A DNA stretch of 63,201 bases, the filler included, from Octopus bimaculoides (Eukaryota): the NCBI RefSeq assembly GCF_001194135.2. It is 4 parts of 4 records of this genome, joined end to end, with 100 filler letters (N's around TTAATTAATTAA, not from the genome) between each part and the next. Parts side by side here need not be neighbours in the genome. Positions count along the whole stretch, not along the records: positions 1 to 25,499 come from NC_068989.1; 3 more parts are not named here. One strand, 5' to 3'. Below, piece by piece: positions 1-13,868 of the stretch. Under the pieces are notes generated by a model. It saw only the letters and a list, made by a program, of their open reading frames with translations. It was not told where the DNA came from and made no database searches. Position 1 is the stretch's first letter. Each line of letters opens with the position of its first letter. Position numbers and translations under genes: made by a program.

Positions 1-154
1 TATATATATATACATGATCAAAATAAGCAGCAAGGACATCCAGACGCATATATATAGTGAGAATTTACAAAATAAAAACAGCGAGTAAGCATCTGCGCTA
101 TTACTCAGCCTAGTTGAAATAGCGATGAAATCGCCTTCAAACCATACTCTACAC

Positions 155-392
155 TAGTGGTCCCCAAAGTGGGTGGTACTGTGGAAAGGTGCAAGGTGTC
201 ATTGAAGAAAGGTGGGACGATAATGGAGTAGCTAAAAGAGGGAACGTCGTTTGTAAAAAAATAATGGGTTGATTAGGTTAAATTTTATTTGTAGCAGAAA
301 GTTGTCTGCGTTTGTATTAGTGATTGGGGGTGGTTTAGTATGTGGCCTGGGTGCCAAGGGGAGAGCAGCCTGAAGAAGTTTGGGAATCACAG
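155..392. mobile_element. hAT-type MITE (non-autonomous DNA transposon)
   Basis: Imperfect terminal inverted repeats TAGTGGTCCCCAAA (155) and TTTGGGAATCACAG (ends 392), flanked by a degenerate 8-bp duplication ctctacac/ctcaacgc (6/8), the TSD length typical of hAT elements. Confidence 0.6.
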
Positions 393-675
393 CTCAACGC
401 TATAAAGAAATTGATACATTGGAAAGAGTGGACCTGGTAGATAGGAAACAAACGTATTTGATCGTCGACCTCTTACAACAGAAACAAAAAGAGTAATAAC
501 AACAATAAGATGTAGAAGAGAAGGACCTAATTGATACAAGAAAATGTGAAATGTTTGGGAAGTTTTCAGTAATGCTGGAACTTATTATGCCAAAATAAGA
601 ACATTTGAATGGCATTTGCAACAGCAGCAGTAACAAAACTTTCATGCAGCAGCATGAAAGAAAAATGCAGCAGAG

Positions 676-677
<2 letters not shown>

Positions 678-733
<56 letters not shown>
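678..733. repeat. (GTA)n microsatellite
   Basis: Pure trinucleotide array; source of the poly-Leu ORF at 566..769. Confidence 0.95.
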
Positions 734-734
<1 letters not shown>

Positions 735-857
735 TTGGGAAGATTTGGAAAAGGTGAATGACAGTACATTTTTTATTTCCATTTCTGTGATATATATGTA
801 TGCGCGTTATATGTTTGTATGTGTGTGAACAAATATATGTATGTGTGCATATATGTG

Positions 858-888
<31 letters not shown>

Positions 889-950
889 TTATCTATCTCT
901 TTCTCTCTCTCTCTCTCTCTTTCTATATATATATATATATATATATATAT
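858..950. repeat. compound (CTAT)n/(CT)n/(AT)n microsatellite
   Basis: Seen directly. Confidence 0.95.
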
Positions 951-1704
951 GCATTTGTGTATTATGTATATATATTATATAAAATGTTTTCGCCTCTAAA
1001 ATTGCCCGACGGCAAATGAAATAAGCATGCTTTTTTAAAAAATTTTCTTTTCGTTTCTAACTTTGTAGTTTCTGTTTTTGATTTCTGTCTACATTATAAT
1101 CAATCGAAAAACATTATTATAACACCTCTGACTATTCGTCACCCGAGGTATCTGTCGTCGAGTCATGCATAGGATTGAATAAATATAAATATTAGTTTCC
1201 TTAACTTGTTTTTGCACTACCATTTGTGACGTGTCCAAAATTGGATTTTATTTAGACCCATTTCTAACTGCCAGTTTTAGCTACGCGGACCTCATTGAGG
1301 TATGCCTCACATTTTCAAGAAATGAAAGGCTACAGTTTACGTATATTCTACTTGTCGGTGACTCTGACGCTGTATTTTTTCTGATAAGGAAAGTTTCCAA
1401 TGGAGATTTGCATTATTGAGGCAAGATAGAAATGTGTTTATCCTATTGATTTAACTTTTTGTTGTACCATGGGAGTGAATTTATGACAGGTCAGAAACGC
1501 GAGATACTTTCAAGCCTTGGTTAATGAAGGTTCAGATGTTATAAACAATTAAAATATATGAAAGTTCAGTTCTATATTTAAAAGATGAGGAATTATGTAC
1601 AGTATGTATGTATGTATGTATGTATGTATGTATGTATGTATGTATGCATGTATGCATGTATGTGTGCATGTATGTATGTGTGAATTATGTATAGGTATAC
1701 TGGA

Positions 1705-1773
1705 AAATTCAGATAAATACGAGTATGAATTATTAGTAGATAAATTCAGATAAATACGAGTAGGAATTAATAA
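1705..1773. repeat. 37-bp-period local tandem duplication
   Basis: aaattcagataaatacgagta(t/g)gaatta occurs at 1705 and 1742. Confidence 0.85.
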
Positions 1774-2744
1774 TTTCTACGTGTGTTTATCGGAATTTTG
1801 TTCTACTTACACACTAATATGTACAGTTGTAGACTTTTATATTGGAAGTAAACACATACACACACACACATGTATGAATGTGTGTGTGCACGCGCACATC
1901 TGTGAACGCGTGTTAGAGCTATGTGTGGATTGTCTTTAAGAATGCGTTTGTATGATTATCTATATATCAATTGCCATGCGAAATCTTTGTAACTATGAGA
2001 TGCGCCATTTCGGAAACACTAGGTCCACTATACCAGATTGACAGTAAACTGATGTGTTCGTTACCACTAACAAGAAAAGCACCATTAATAATAGACTATT
2101 CGAAAGACTGAAAACCTCATCAAGCTTTGACAATGTCGCTCCCGAATGGCTTCTGATTTTACTTTGAATAATATCACAAAATATATGAAATTCTTGTTAC
2201 AATAATAATGTCTTCAGAATATTCTGTTTCACACATTTATAATCATCAGTTTCCCGAAATAAGAATATTTTATTGAATATTAATAAAATATTTACACATA
2301 TTATCTCCAGAGATATTTAAATGATTATACCTTGATGATGAGTCAAACATCTTTCATAAATTGTCATCACTTAATTAACTCTAAAATTGCAATATACTAC
2401 AACAGGCCAATTAATATTATTTTATAAAAATATTATCTAAGGATTTTGAGCGGAAATTCAATTGAAGACTGGAATCCGCATCTCTGCAGATTCTGGTTCC
2501 GAGATAAGCATTTTGCATTCATCTCAGATGTTAAAATAAAAAAAAATCTCTTCTTCCTTAACCCTCACTTCCGATAGCTGTTCTCTGTAGATTCATCTAT
2601 TTCAAAATCTGAATTTTATCATGAAGGATGATGCGATTTAAATAATTAATCCAATAAACTAATTAACTTTTCAGGATCCAACCATTACACTATCTCGTCT
2701 CGAGCTCAAAAATATAAGTTACTTCCAAATTATACTTTCTCTAC

Positions 2745-2850
2745 TCTCGGCACAAGGCCCGAATTTTTGAGGGAGGGGGCCAGTTGATTCGATCGACCTC
2801 AGTACGCAACTGGTACTTAATTTATCGACACCGAAAGGATGAAAGGTTTT
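2745..2850 (-). mobile_element. SINE fragment (octopus-type family)
   Basis: ggcacaaggcc...tcgacctcagt...ctggtacttaatttatcgac...gaaaggatgaaagg matches the many other copies in the window. Confidence 0.7.
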
Positions 2851-2884
2851 TGTGTTCATATATTTGCCGGTATGTATGAATTGA

Positions 2885-3912
2885 CATGTGTCACATCGGC
2901 TATCATTGCATTTGGATACAGTGAATGATTGGTCTTTGTTGCTAAGCCCGAACTTTGCCTCAATATTTTTTCAAGTTTTTCGGTTGTCTTTTACTAAGAA
3001 CCATAGCTAAGTCTGTGATTATATCTTTTTATTCATTACTTTGAGCAATGATTGGTAAGTTTGCTTTGGTAATGTTGAAGATATTCTGGTGACGTGGGTT
3101 GTGTGTGACAATAAATGGTATGACTTGTTCCTGTTTTCCTCTTTTTTAGGTTGTCCTCGGGTATTTTTTAGGTATTTTTATAGCCCTCTGTATGCTTTTT
3201 TCTATAAGTAGAGACGGGTATTTTTGTTTGAGCAAAAATTCTCTTAGTTCTGTTAGACATTTGTTCTTGACATTCGCATCTTCTACAATGGTACACATTC
3301 TTCTGGCTAGGCAGTATGGGATGTTGCGTTTTTTATGTGGTGGATGGCAAGACTTAAAATTGAGGTATTGATGTGTGTCCGTGTGTTTGTAGTATATATA
3401 TGTGGTAATGGTGGTGTCCTTTTTAATTACTGTTATATCTAGGAATGGTAATTTGGTACTACTCATTTACTTTGTAAATTGGAGAGATGAACGTAGGTTG
3501 TTCAGGAGGATATTAAACTCTTCCAGAGTATTTACTGAGTCTGTCCAGATTATGAAGCAATCGCCAAGGTAACTCTTCCATGCCTTTTCAATATAATTTC
3601 TAAATTCAGTGCTATAGTTTTCCTTATACTTCTTGGTAGAGTTGTTGTTTTAAATATCCCTTTACAGAGTTCGCGTAAACGCGAGTAAACCTCGTTCTCG
3701 TCGCTGTGCCTTTAATTTGGATGTACTTCTTTCCATTGAAGAAGACTGTTGTTTTCCAGAATAAGTCTGATTATGTCTAATGTAAATGGCACTGTGAATC
3801 TGTTGGGGATCGCTTCTGTTTTTCTACCCAGTATCTAATCGCCTCTATTCCTAAATCATGTGAAATATTGGTGTAAAGGCTTACCACATCAAAACTAAGT
3901 AGAAGTGAATTT
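2885..3912 (-). mobile_element. Penelope-like retroelement fragment (decayed RT and downstream region)
   Basis: Minus-strand translation gives FDVVSLYTNISHDLGIEAI, FFNGKKYIQIKGTA, WKSYLGDCFIIW (YxDD-type motif, mutated) and KLPFLDITVIKK...YYKHTDTHQYLNFKSCHPPHKKRNIPYCLARR, typical of PLE RT and its C-terminal extension; stops and frameshifts present. Confidence 0.85.
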
Positions 3913-3951
3913 GGATATATATATATAATCTGTGTATATAGTCATATATAC

Positions 3952-3989
<38 letters not shown>

Positions 3990-4837
3990 AAAGATGGTTT
4001 TATACATATATGCATGTAATTTCAACTGTAAATGTGAGGCTTGCTTTTTGTGTATATATATGTGTGTATATGTAATTGTGTCGGCGTATTTTTGGACCTC
4101 TGTGTATTCCGACTAGGCGGTCCAGTTATCAGAACAGCTCAGAACAATAAACAGACAATTACAATGTTTAACTGGTTATTCATTTGAAAAATATAATTTA
4201 TTCTTCTGATTTAAGAGACAGCCGTAATTAGAGTGCAAACACTCCAAATATAATTTTTCTTGGTATTTAGTTTCCAGAAATATCAAAATGATGTGTTTGG
4301 AATAGATAATTGTAAGCATTATTAAAGGTCATGTGTGTGTATGTTTTAAAATTATACGCACGTATCTCCTGGACTTTACGTCTATTCATCTACGTTCACT
4401 CAAAGGATTTTTCCTGTAGATATATTGCGATGAAATACACGTACGTCTAGAATCAGTGTGTGTGTGCGCGCGCACGTGTGAGTGTGTGTATGAGAGAGAG
4501 AGAGAGAGAGAGAGGGGAGAGAGAGAGAGAGGGGGGAGAGNNNNNNNNNNNNNNNNNNNNNNNNNNNNNNNNNNNNNNNNNNNNNNNNNNNNNNNNNNNN
4601 NNNNNNNNNNNNNNNNNNNNNNNNNNNNNNNNNNNNNNNNNNNNNNNNNNNNNNNNNNNNNNNNNNNNNNNNNNNNNNNNNNNNNNNNNNNNNNNNNNNN
4701 NNNNNNNNNNNNNNNNNNNNNNNNNNNNNNNNNNNNNNNNNNNNNNNNNNNNNNNNNNNNNNNNNNNNNNNNNNNNNNNNNNNNNNNNNNNNNNNNNNNN
4801 NNNNNNNNNNNNNNNNNNNNNNNNNNNNNNNNNNNNN

Positions 4838-4900
<63 letters not shown>

Positions 4901-5734
4901 GTGTGTGTGTGTATGCATGTATGTATGTATGTATGTATGTATGCATGTCTATATATGAATAAAATCTCCTAATACATTTTAGACAGTTTTTGTGGGCGTA
5001 AGAGGTAGAATTCTTTATTTTACATTAATATATTTAAAAATACGCTTTCAAAATTATATATCTATTGATGCACAATGGCTTATTAAATACGATCTGAGAC
5101 TCATGTTTTATTCCATCGTTTGTATATATTCTGGAATAGAGCCGTTTCTAATCTATTCCAAGAAACAGGATAATGCTGTTGCATAGCAGACTTTTCATAT
5201 GACATACTGAAAATATCCTCCAAATTATGTTTAAATAACTTAGTAATCACACAGCAATGTCTATCCCTGCAATTTTAATTCACTGGTCTTGTTTTACATC
5301 AACTATGCCAGTAACTACTTTAAAAATCAGTTTTTATGCAGCAAGCATTTGTGAATATTCTCCGATGTTGTTTCCCCATTCAGAAAAACGGTTTCCTTCT
5401 AAAATCATGCGGTCACCATTAGATTGTGTTGATTGGAGAAGGTGTAATAAGTCCGAAACATTCTATGAGTTGTTCCCACTGCATTTTATATTCAATTCAC
5501 TTCAATAAGTCACCATTTGTTGACTTTCAACAACATGTCCGCTGAATTCAAACCTCGTGATTCAAAGTCGGTGGGCGGAGGCTTTGTAAAAAATTAGCAA
5601 AAAAATGGACATCCCTTCATCAGAGACGATGTGAGAAGGTTAAAGAGAGATAAATATTTGATTTCGAAATAAGGAATTATAATGGAAAAGGAGGGGATAA
5701 CTTTGTGATTGGAAAGCAAACTTCTTACCACACA

Positions 5735-5824
<90 letters not shown>

Positions 5825-6699
5825 TGCGTGCGTGTGTGGAGCTTGAAATTTAGATCCGAAGCCAATAGATTTGAGGAAGGGTTTTAGCGATACAATTGAT
5901 CTCAGTAATTGGCTGCTATTTCATTTTATCGACTCTCGGCGGATGAAAGGTGAAATTCAAAGATAAAATATACTTCTATTCTATGCCCTTCGTATAATGA
6001 AAAGTAAATTTAGAATTAATCATCATTAACAAGCCGAGTTTACGTCCAAACACATCCAAATTGTTATGCTGAAAGATAAACAAATTACATTCATGATATT
6101 CCAACAAGCAATTAAATGAAGCTCATTAAAAAGGCAACAGAAGTGTTCAAGAATAAGGTGACATATATAATTTCGTTAACAAAAGAATAATGTGAATATA
6201 TTCATCACAATATTACTTGTGACAACCACTAATTAACATTATATTAACCCTATTAGATTCATTTAGGAATATTTTGAAAAATGCTAAACTTAATTTCAAT
6301 TCCCATTTATTTATTATTAATTATATTCCTATTTTGTTGAACGTGTTTTGTATATTTTAGCTGTATCCTAAGTTTTGTCAGAAAAGAAACAGGAATATTT
6401 CCTGAGACAAAACAAACAAAATTCTTTTTATGAAATGCATTATACGCTTTAACAAAGAATATATTTTATGTATATTCTTTATAAGATACAATGTTGAATC
6501 ATTTAATAGATGTCTACGTTAACTATGATATTCATACATTTTAATCTGTTATATGCAATACAAGCATTATTACATTAAGATAGCAAGCTGTACATTATAC
6601 TTAATGTAAAATATTCTTCAAAAGCAAAGTTACAGCGTTTTCTTGTCCGGAAATACATATATTATATTAGAGGAAAAAGCAAGACCAAAGCAGAACGAG

Positions 6700-7400
6700 T
6701 ATCTCCAGGCATTTGTTTTACAATTTCTCTGATCCTCTTTCTGTTATGTGTAGGAACTTTCGCTTGTAACGGTGTGTTTTTGAATCCGGTGCATTTATAA
6801 TTTTTTCCGCGAGTGGATCTGATTTTTGATTCGTTAAGGTACAGGTGATGTCTTCTTTTTCCAGAACTGCTTCAGGTGAAGTAGCGAGTTGGACGCTGTC
6901 GCTCTTGTTTGTGCCTCCTGCCGCGAATCGCAGATATAAAGCTGTCCAGACGTTTTCTGAAGACTTCCATGTCTACACCTTGCAGATCCCTGATGTGCTG
7001 TGGTAAGGCATTAAAATGTTGTGGTCACTTGAATCTCAATTTATTGCAATATTGGGTACGTATCCTCGATAAAGAAGATGGGACCTTTAGTAGTGTACAG
7101 TGCCGTCCAGTTCCGAGATTGTTGTAGATTTCAATTCCGAAAGTTGGAGCCAGACCTTCCATTATTTTTCACATGTATAGCACTGTATATCTCTCACGTC
7201 TCCTCTCCAGAAAGTAGAGTCCTAGTTCTCTCAATCTCTCCCAGTAGCCCATGTGTTTTACTGAATCTCTTCCCGTCAAGTGTCCCAGATGAACCTACCT
7301 CGTGGCAGGAGGCACAAAATGAAGGCAGTGACATCAAACTCCCTTATTTACCAAATGCCACATATCAAAGGAGGCTCTCAATCATAAGAGTTTATTAAAA
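6700..7400 (-). mobile_element. CR1/L2-like LINE, 3' part of ORF2 (decayed)
   Basis: Minus-strand frames give YWERLRELGLYSLERRRERYTVLYMWKIMEGLAP and PQHFNALPQHIRDLQGVDMEVFRKRLDSFIS, the characteristic post-RT C-terminus of CR1/L2-type LINEs. Confidence 0.8.
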
Positions 7401-8317
7401 CGGCGGTGCCCCAGCATGGCCACAGCTTTGTGCTGAAGCTGATTAATGAATATATGTGTGTGTGTATGTCTGTAGGGAAGAAAATATATGTGCACATTCA
7501 TGTTCGTATACATACATATATAGAAATGGGGATAGATAGACACACATATATGTACTTATATTAGTCTGTATTACTTGTACGTGTTCACAGCTTGAGTATT
7601 CCGCAGATGTTGATATTCAATTAACTCAGATTAATTCCGGAGAATATTCTCAGCACTGCAAATATGCAGATTCTATTCCACTTTTAAATTCCGTTTTGTT
7701 TACTCATGTTTTTCCCTTTGAATGCTTATGTTTGTGTGTGTTTGTGCATCTATGGCTGTGTCTTTGCTTCTGATTGTATTTGTATTTTGTACCCACTTTT
7801 CTGTACACTGATGTAAAATAATGCGTAGAGCCGTGTGCTTTTTGGAAACACCGTAACGCAGACATGGATAGAATAAATCGAGACGGATAAAATAATTACC
7901 ACATCAATCTCTGCACCTGAAACAGCTTTTACTGCTGTCGATATGATTGACTCTAACCATTGCAATCGGCGCCTCACTTTTGCTACAGTCCCCATAACTA
8001 AAACTAGTAAAAACAAAAAATAATAGATTCTATATTTGCGGATGAAGCTGAATGGTTGTATGGAAGTATTAGTTTCTTAAGTACATCGATGATATTCTAT
8101 GACATGGTATAAAATTCGGGGAAATATTTATGCTTTGTTATGCGTTTGTGTCATAACACAGTCGATGTTATATAACAAAAAACATACTTGACACAACATC
8201 AATATTCCTGTAAAATTATGGAAGTGACATGATGGAACGTTCTATTGATAGCTTCAACCAGGGATGTTAAGTGTTGCTAAAAGAAAACGTGCTGAAAACA
8301 ACACAAGCAAACGCACG

Positions 8318-8351
<34 letters not shown>

Positions 8352-9859
8352 CACACACACACCATATGCACACACAAACGAACACACAAACACGCAGGTA
8401 TATACAAGGAAACACGCACGCGCTCACATGTTCATACAGTTATTAGCTTAACGTCAACAAACAGAGGTTATTTTGCGTGATTCAAATATTATAGAAACTG
8501 TTCGCCAATAAGAAATCATTAGAGATTAAGAAAATGTTTGTGGATTATCAAAACATTAATAAAATATCAACACGTTGAAACAAAATCAATATGGAGGAAA
8601 TAATTAATGATTTGTTNNNNNNNNNNNNNNNNNNNNNNNNNNNNNNNNNNNNNNNNNNNNNNNNNNNNNNNNNNNNNNNNNNNNNNNNNNNNNNNNNNNN
8701 NNNNNNNNNNNNNNNNNNNNNNNNNNNNNNNNNNNNNNNNNNNNNNNNNNNNNNNNNNNNNNNNNNNNNNNNNNNNNNNNNNNNNGTGGCGGCGGTGTTG
8801 TTTTCGACTGCCAATAATTTGCCTGAAGAGACTTTTAACGAAATGAAAATATATTTGTGACATACATGATTTTTTTTTCCTATCGCATGTTATTTTATAA
8901 TTTACTTTATTTTTCGACTGGTTGCAGTCATTGCACTGTGCCCATGCTGGGGCACAACTGTCAAGTGCTTCAATCGATCATATCACCCAGTACATATTTC
9001 AGCTTCGTGCTGATTTAACTCTATTTATTTATCGAATCATTTAACACAGAATTCATGGCTACAATAACATTTATCAGTTATGTAACTGAAAGTACCCCAG
9101 GATAATGTGTGGCAGAGAGAGGACGTACAAGCCTGAATCATGTCTAAATACTTTCACCGGTTGTTTTTCAAGATATGATCTACTCGTTTATTTTGCATAC
9201 AATTCGATCAGATTATTTTATTCGTCTTATCTCCCTTGATTTTATTTCTAGATCTCTAAGCATTTCCAGAAGAGAATTTTGACTACATATTGTAGGCGTA
9301 ATATCAGTTTGAGAAAGCCTTATATTTTGCATTAGAACATGTTTATTGAAAGCTACCGAATATATATATGTGCGCATGTATGTGGCTATGCATGTAAGTA
9401 TGTATGTAGGTATTTATATACGAATGTTTGTATGTGTAGTGCATTGTGCAAATTGAAATGTTCAGTGACACACAATGATCAAGGGATTCTTTTTATTATG
9501 TTTGAGAGAAACATTTACGGGACGCGTAATAGTCACAAACATCAAATTAGAAAACATTTGCATATGTTTTATCGCGGATTGCTTTACACCATTTAATCAT
9601 TTCCTCTGTACAAATCCAAAGAATTAATGGCGAAAACTCTTTTACATCTGGTATTATTTTTATCAAAGATATGCTTGCTGATCCGTCATATATCGGTATT
9701 AGTGGAGTTGATCAATTTGATTGTCGTTTTATGGTTGAAAACCGTCGTATGATCCTTGTACGTGAAGAAAGGCTTCTGAGCAAACGGCTCCGAACGGTCA
9801 TCGATGAGTAGTTCGGGAGTTAATTCTTACTCTAATTGGCTACCTGCCTCTTTCTTTCA

Positions 9860-9868
<9 letters not shown>

Positions 9869-9905
<37 letters not shown>

Positions 9906-10140
9906 CACATATCTATGCATATATATATGTATATATATATGCATATATATATACATATATATATTCATATGTATGTATATATATGCATATATATGCATAT
10001 ATATATATATATATGCATATATGTCTATATATATATGCATATATATGCATATATATGTGCATATATATGTATATATATATGCATATATGTGCATATATAT
10101 ATGCACACTCACATATGTATGTATGTATATGTGTAATATA
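9869..10140. repeat. complex (AT)n/(ATATGC)n low-complexity array
   Basis: Seen directly; source of several YI/MH-repeat ORFs. Confidence 0.9.
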
Positions 10141-11146
10141 CACAAACACACTCAGACACTTATATCTCATATAAAGTGGGTTAAAAATCCGAGTGCTTCT
10201 GTGGATAATCTAAGTGTATAACTGTTAAGAACATTATCCATACAAACTGAAGTTCCCCGTCAAAAATAGTTGAGACTTTGTCTTAAGAACTGCAGATGGT
10301 TTACATCGATAACAGTATATAACTGTAATAATACTACTATAAATGGTATTGTTTATATCGCTAACGAAGGATGAATCAACCAGCATCGCCGTCGTCAGAC
10401 CTTCCAGCAGATCACGTGATTTTGGCCCTTCTTCACTATGTTAATGGTAGACGGCCGCAGGATGGAAATATAGAGTGCTAATATGCACCAAAAGTCCATA
10501 GGAGTTTTCTCGTGCTGACCGTCACAACGTTCTAACACAATATTCACAATATAGCACAATATAAGTGGGATTAAATATTACCTACTCGTATTAATATTGA
10601 TTATGTTGCTATTTACCATTTTTTAGTAAGTCAACTGACTCTTTGCGACACCAGTTCCTGATTAGACGTTGTGATTCTATGTAGAGCACTAGCGGAGAGA
10701 TCACTTCTATTTCGAGCCTCCGGGCGTCTAACATTGACAAGTACAAGCAAGGCCGAGATGATGTGATCTGGCTGTCCCAGTGGTGGTAATGACAGTTGAT
10801 TTATCCGCCGCTGGCGATGTAAACAAGAGTGCTTATATGCATCAAAATTCCAAATTAGAGGTTCACTAATGTTAACTCAGTATCCTGTGTTTATCTAACA
10901 CGACACCCACTTTTAAGTGGTCATAACTATTACCTTTTGGTATTAATACTGCTTCTGTCGCTATAAATTATTTGATAGTTATAAAGTTTCACTTTTAAAT
11001 AACTAAAATGTATTACTTCCCCGATGTCATCTAGGAAGCCAAAACGGGTAATAGCGTGATTTTAGTAGTCGCAAATTTCCATGATACCAGAGTCTAGTTA
11101 CGGTTCTAATAATAAAAGGCAGGAATTGGCAAACTTTTTTCTAGAA

Positions 11147-11217
11147 GCGGGTCGCTTGAGACATAGCTAATCTTCAGGCGGGCCGCTTGAGACATAGCCA
11201 ATCTTCAGGCGGACCGC
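11147..11217. repeat. 31-bp tandem repeat (2.3 copies)
   Basis: gcggg(t/c)cgcttgagacatagc(t/c)aatcttcag twice plus partial gcggaccgc; no spacers. Confidence 0.9.
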
Positions 11218-11921
11218 AATCACTAAAGATTTCAAGGTAATTTCGTTAGACGTGCATTCAGAATTCCGGACGGGCGGTAGTTTGCGCATGGCCAACATGA
11301 AGTATCAAAACTTTTTCCTTGTGTATCGACCACGCGGTCAATCTTTTGTTCCTCCTCTATTGAAAAGCTTTAGGCTGCAAGTTCCATCGGAAATTGGGTG
11401 GTTAGGACTGTTTTTTTGTTTTCTCCTGTTTTTTTTTAAATATTTTTTCACATTGTTATAATTTAATATTTTCCATTATGATTAATTTTCCATTCCTTTG
11501 TTCTTTACTTATCTAATTATTTGATGAATTTATCACATGTTAATTTGATAATGCCATTCTGTCGATGTATTGGACAGGAAGCTGCTGCTTAAGGCAAAAC
11601 TTTGATATGCAGTTCTTTGAAATTATCGATTTATACATCGATCTATGCGTGACGATGTGCAAATGGGGACGGAGTGGAATTTCTTTGTGTGATTCTTCTC
11701 TTTCTTTTATACTTGTCGGACTGGTAATTGTTTATAGATTTATATTATTTGTTTTTCGTCCAAATTGTTAAGTTCTCTCTTCATTTATTAAGTTCTCTTC
11801 TCCATTCAATATGGATTTATAATATATGATAATAATATTTCTTATATTAGATCCTATGAATAAATTTTAGTTTATATTTTTCATATTTACACAAAAACAT
11901 TTATACACTTACGTACGGATG

Positions 11922-12460
<539 letters not shown>

Positions 12461-12778
12461 AAATATATACGTACATGTTTTGTAAGATTCATGAATCAAA
12501 AAAGTGTGCTGAAACATGTCATATCAGAGAAAGACAAAATGGAATTAGCAGGACAAGAGGAGACACATGGGACAGACAGTAGTTGAGGAGGTCACAATGT
12601 GTGACGAAAGAACATTGACAAATAAACAATAATAATAATAATAATGATAATAATAATAATAATAATAATAATAAAATAATAAATGCCCTTATGCAGTAAC
12701 AGTCACTGGCTCTCATGTCTTCTGATCTTAATTAGTCATTCCCCACCTCTTTTTTAAATATATATACATATATTTCAA

Positions 12779-12784
<6 letters not shown>

Positions 12785-12833
<49 letters not shown>

Positions 12834-12943
12834 TGTGTGTATAATATATATATATATGGAGAGAGAGAAAGCGAGAGAGAGCGAGAGAGACAGACAGACA
12901 GGCAGACAGACAGATAGACAGACAGACAGACAGACAGGCAGAC

Positions 12944-12980
<37 letters not shown>

Positions 12981-12987
12981 GGCAGAC

Positions 12988-13027
<40 letters not shown>
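12785..13027. repeat. compound (GT)n/(AG)n/(AGAC)n/(GATA)n microsatellite
   Basis: Seen directly. Confidence 0.95.
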
Positions 13028-13447
13028 CAAGATGCTTTCGTACACCGAGGTGCTTCTGTATTAAATGAATAGGAGAAAGACAGGAGAGAAAGTACGACTT
13101 ATTCGTGATCAGAGTCGTTCGAAAACCGAGGTTCTGCTGTATATATATGCGTGTGTGTGTATGTACGTATTTCCTATGAACGTGTTATTACGTTTTTGTC
13201 GAGTTCGACGCTTCATAAACACATTTGGTTAGACAGTTGATTTGGATATAGTCGTGTTTACAAACCAGTGGCGTAGAGAATTTCAAACAGCAATTTTCCA
13301 ACTGAACGAATATAATGAAGAGCTGGACAACTGCCTTCAACAAACTTCCTGGGACTATAATGCTCATCTGACCAACTGTCAAATACGTTCAATACACAAG
13401 AAAAAATGATAGCTTAAATAATTGGTATCGAGTGGAAAACATGGTTA

Positions 13448-13868
13448 ATACTGATTTCAAATTTTGGCACAAGGCCAGCAATTTCGTGTAATGAGCTAAG
13501 GCGATAACATTGATCCTAGTGCTCGAGTGGTACTTATTTTATCGACCCTCGAAAGGAGGGAAAGTAAATTTAACGGTGATAGTGTTTGAACTCAGAAAGT
13601 AAAAACGGACGAAATGTCAATAAACATGTTTTCCGGCGTGCTAACGATTCTGCCAGCTTGCCGAAGATTTAGCACTCCGGAAAACATACCGAGCAGCATT
13701 TCGTCCGTCTTTACGTTCTGAGTTCAAATTTTGCCGTGGTCAACTTTGACTCTCGTCTTTTTCAGGGTCGATAAAATAAGTAGCAGTTAAGAACTGGGAA
13801 TCGATGTAAATATCTTACTTCCTACCTCGAAATTGCTGGCCATGGGCCAAAATTTGAAAGCAATATTA
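13448..13868. mobile_element. two SINE copies in inverted (head-to-head) orientation
   Basis: 13448-13665 is the reverse-orientation copy (tttgaactcagaaagtaaaaacggacgaaat); 13668-13868 is the forward copy (atttcgtccgtctttacgttctgagttcaaa). Confidence 0.8.

Noticed and set aside
4386-4972. Long ORFs with HT/CV/YI/ER repeats, here and throughout the window
   Set aside because: Translations of (CA)n, (AT)n, (AG)n and tetranucleotide microsatellites, often bridged by N gaps; not coding evidence.
9551-9810. Open plus-strand frame ending ...[46 protein letters not shown]
   Set aside because: No convincing acceptor or recognisable homology; compatible with chance.
11147-11217. 31-bp repeat (and 25-bp repeat at 15398) as a CRISPR-like array
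   Set aside because: Units are directly adjacent with no spacers, no cas genes, eukaryotic context.
13233-13409. Frame QLNEYNEELDNCLQQTSWDYNAHLT resembling the ACE/peptidase M2 N-terminus (SWNYNTNIT)
   Set aside because: Spacing is three residues short, there is no good donor and no other ACE-like exon nearby.
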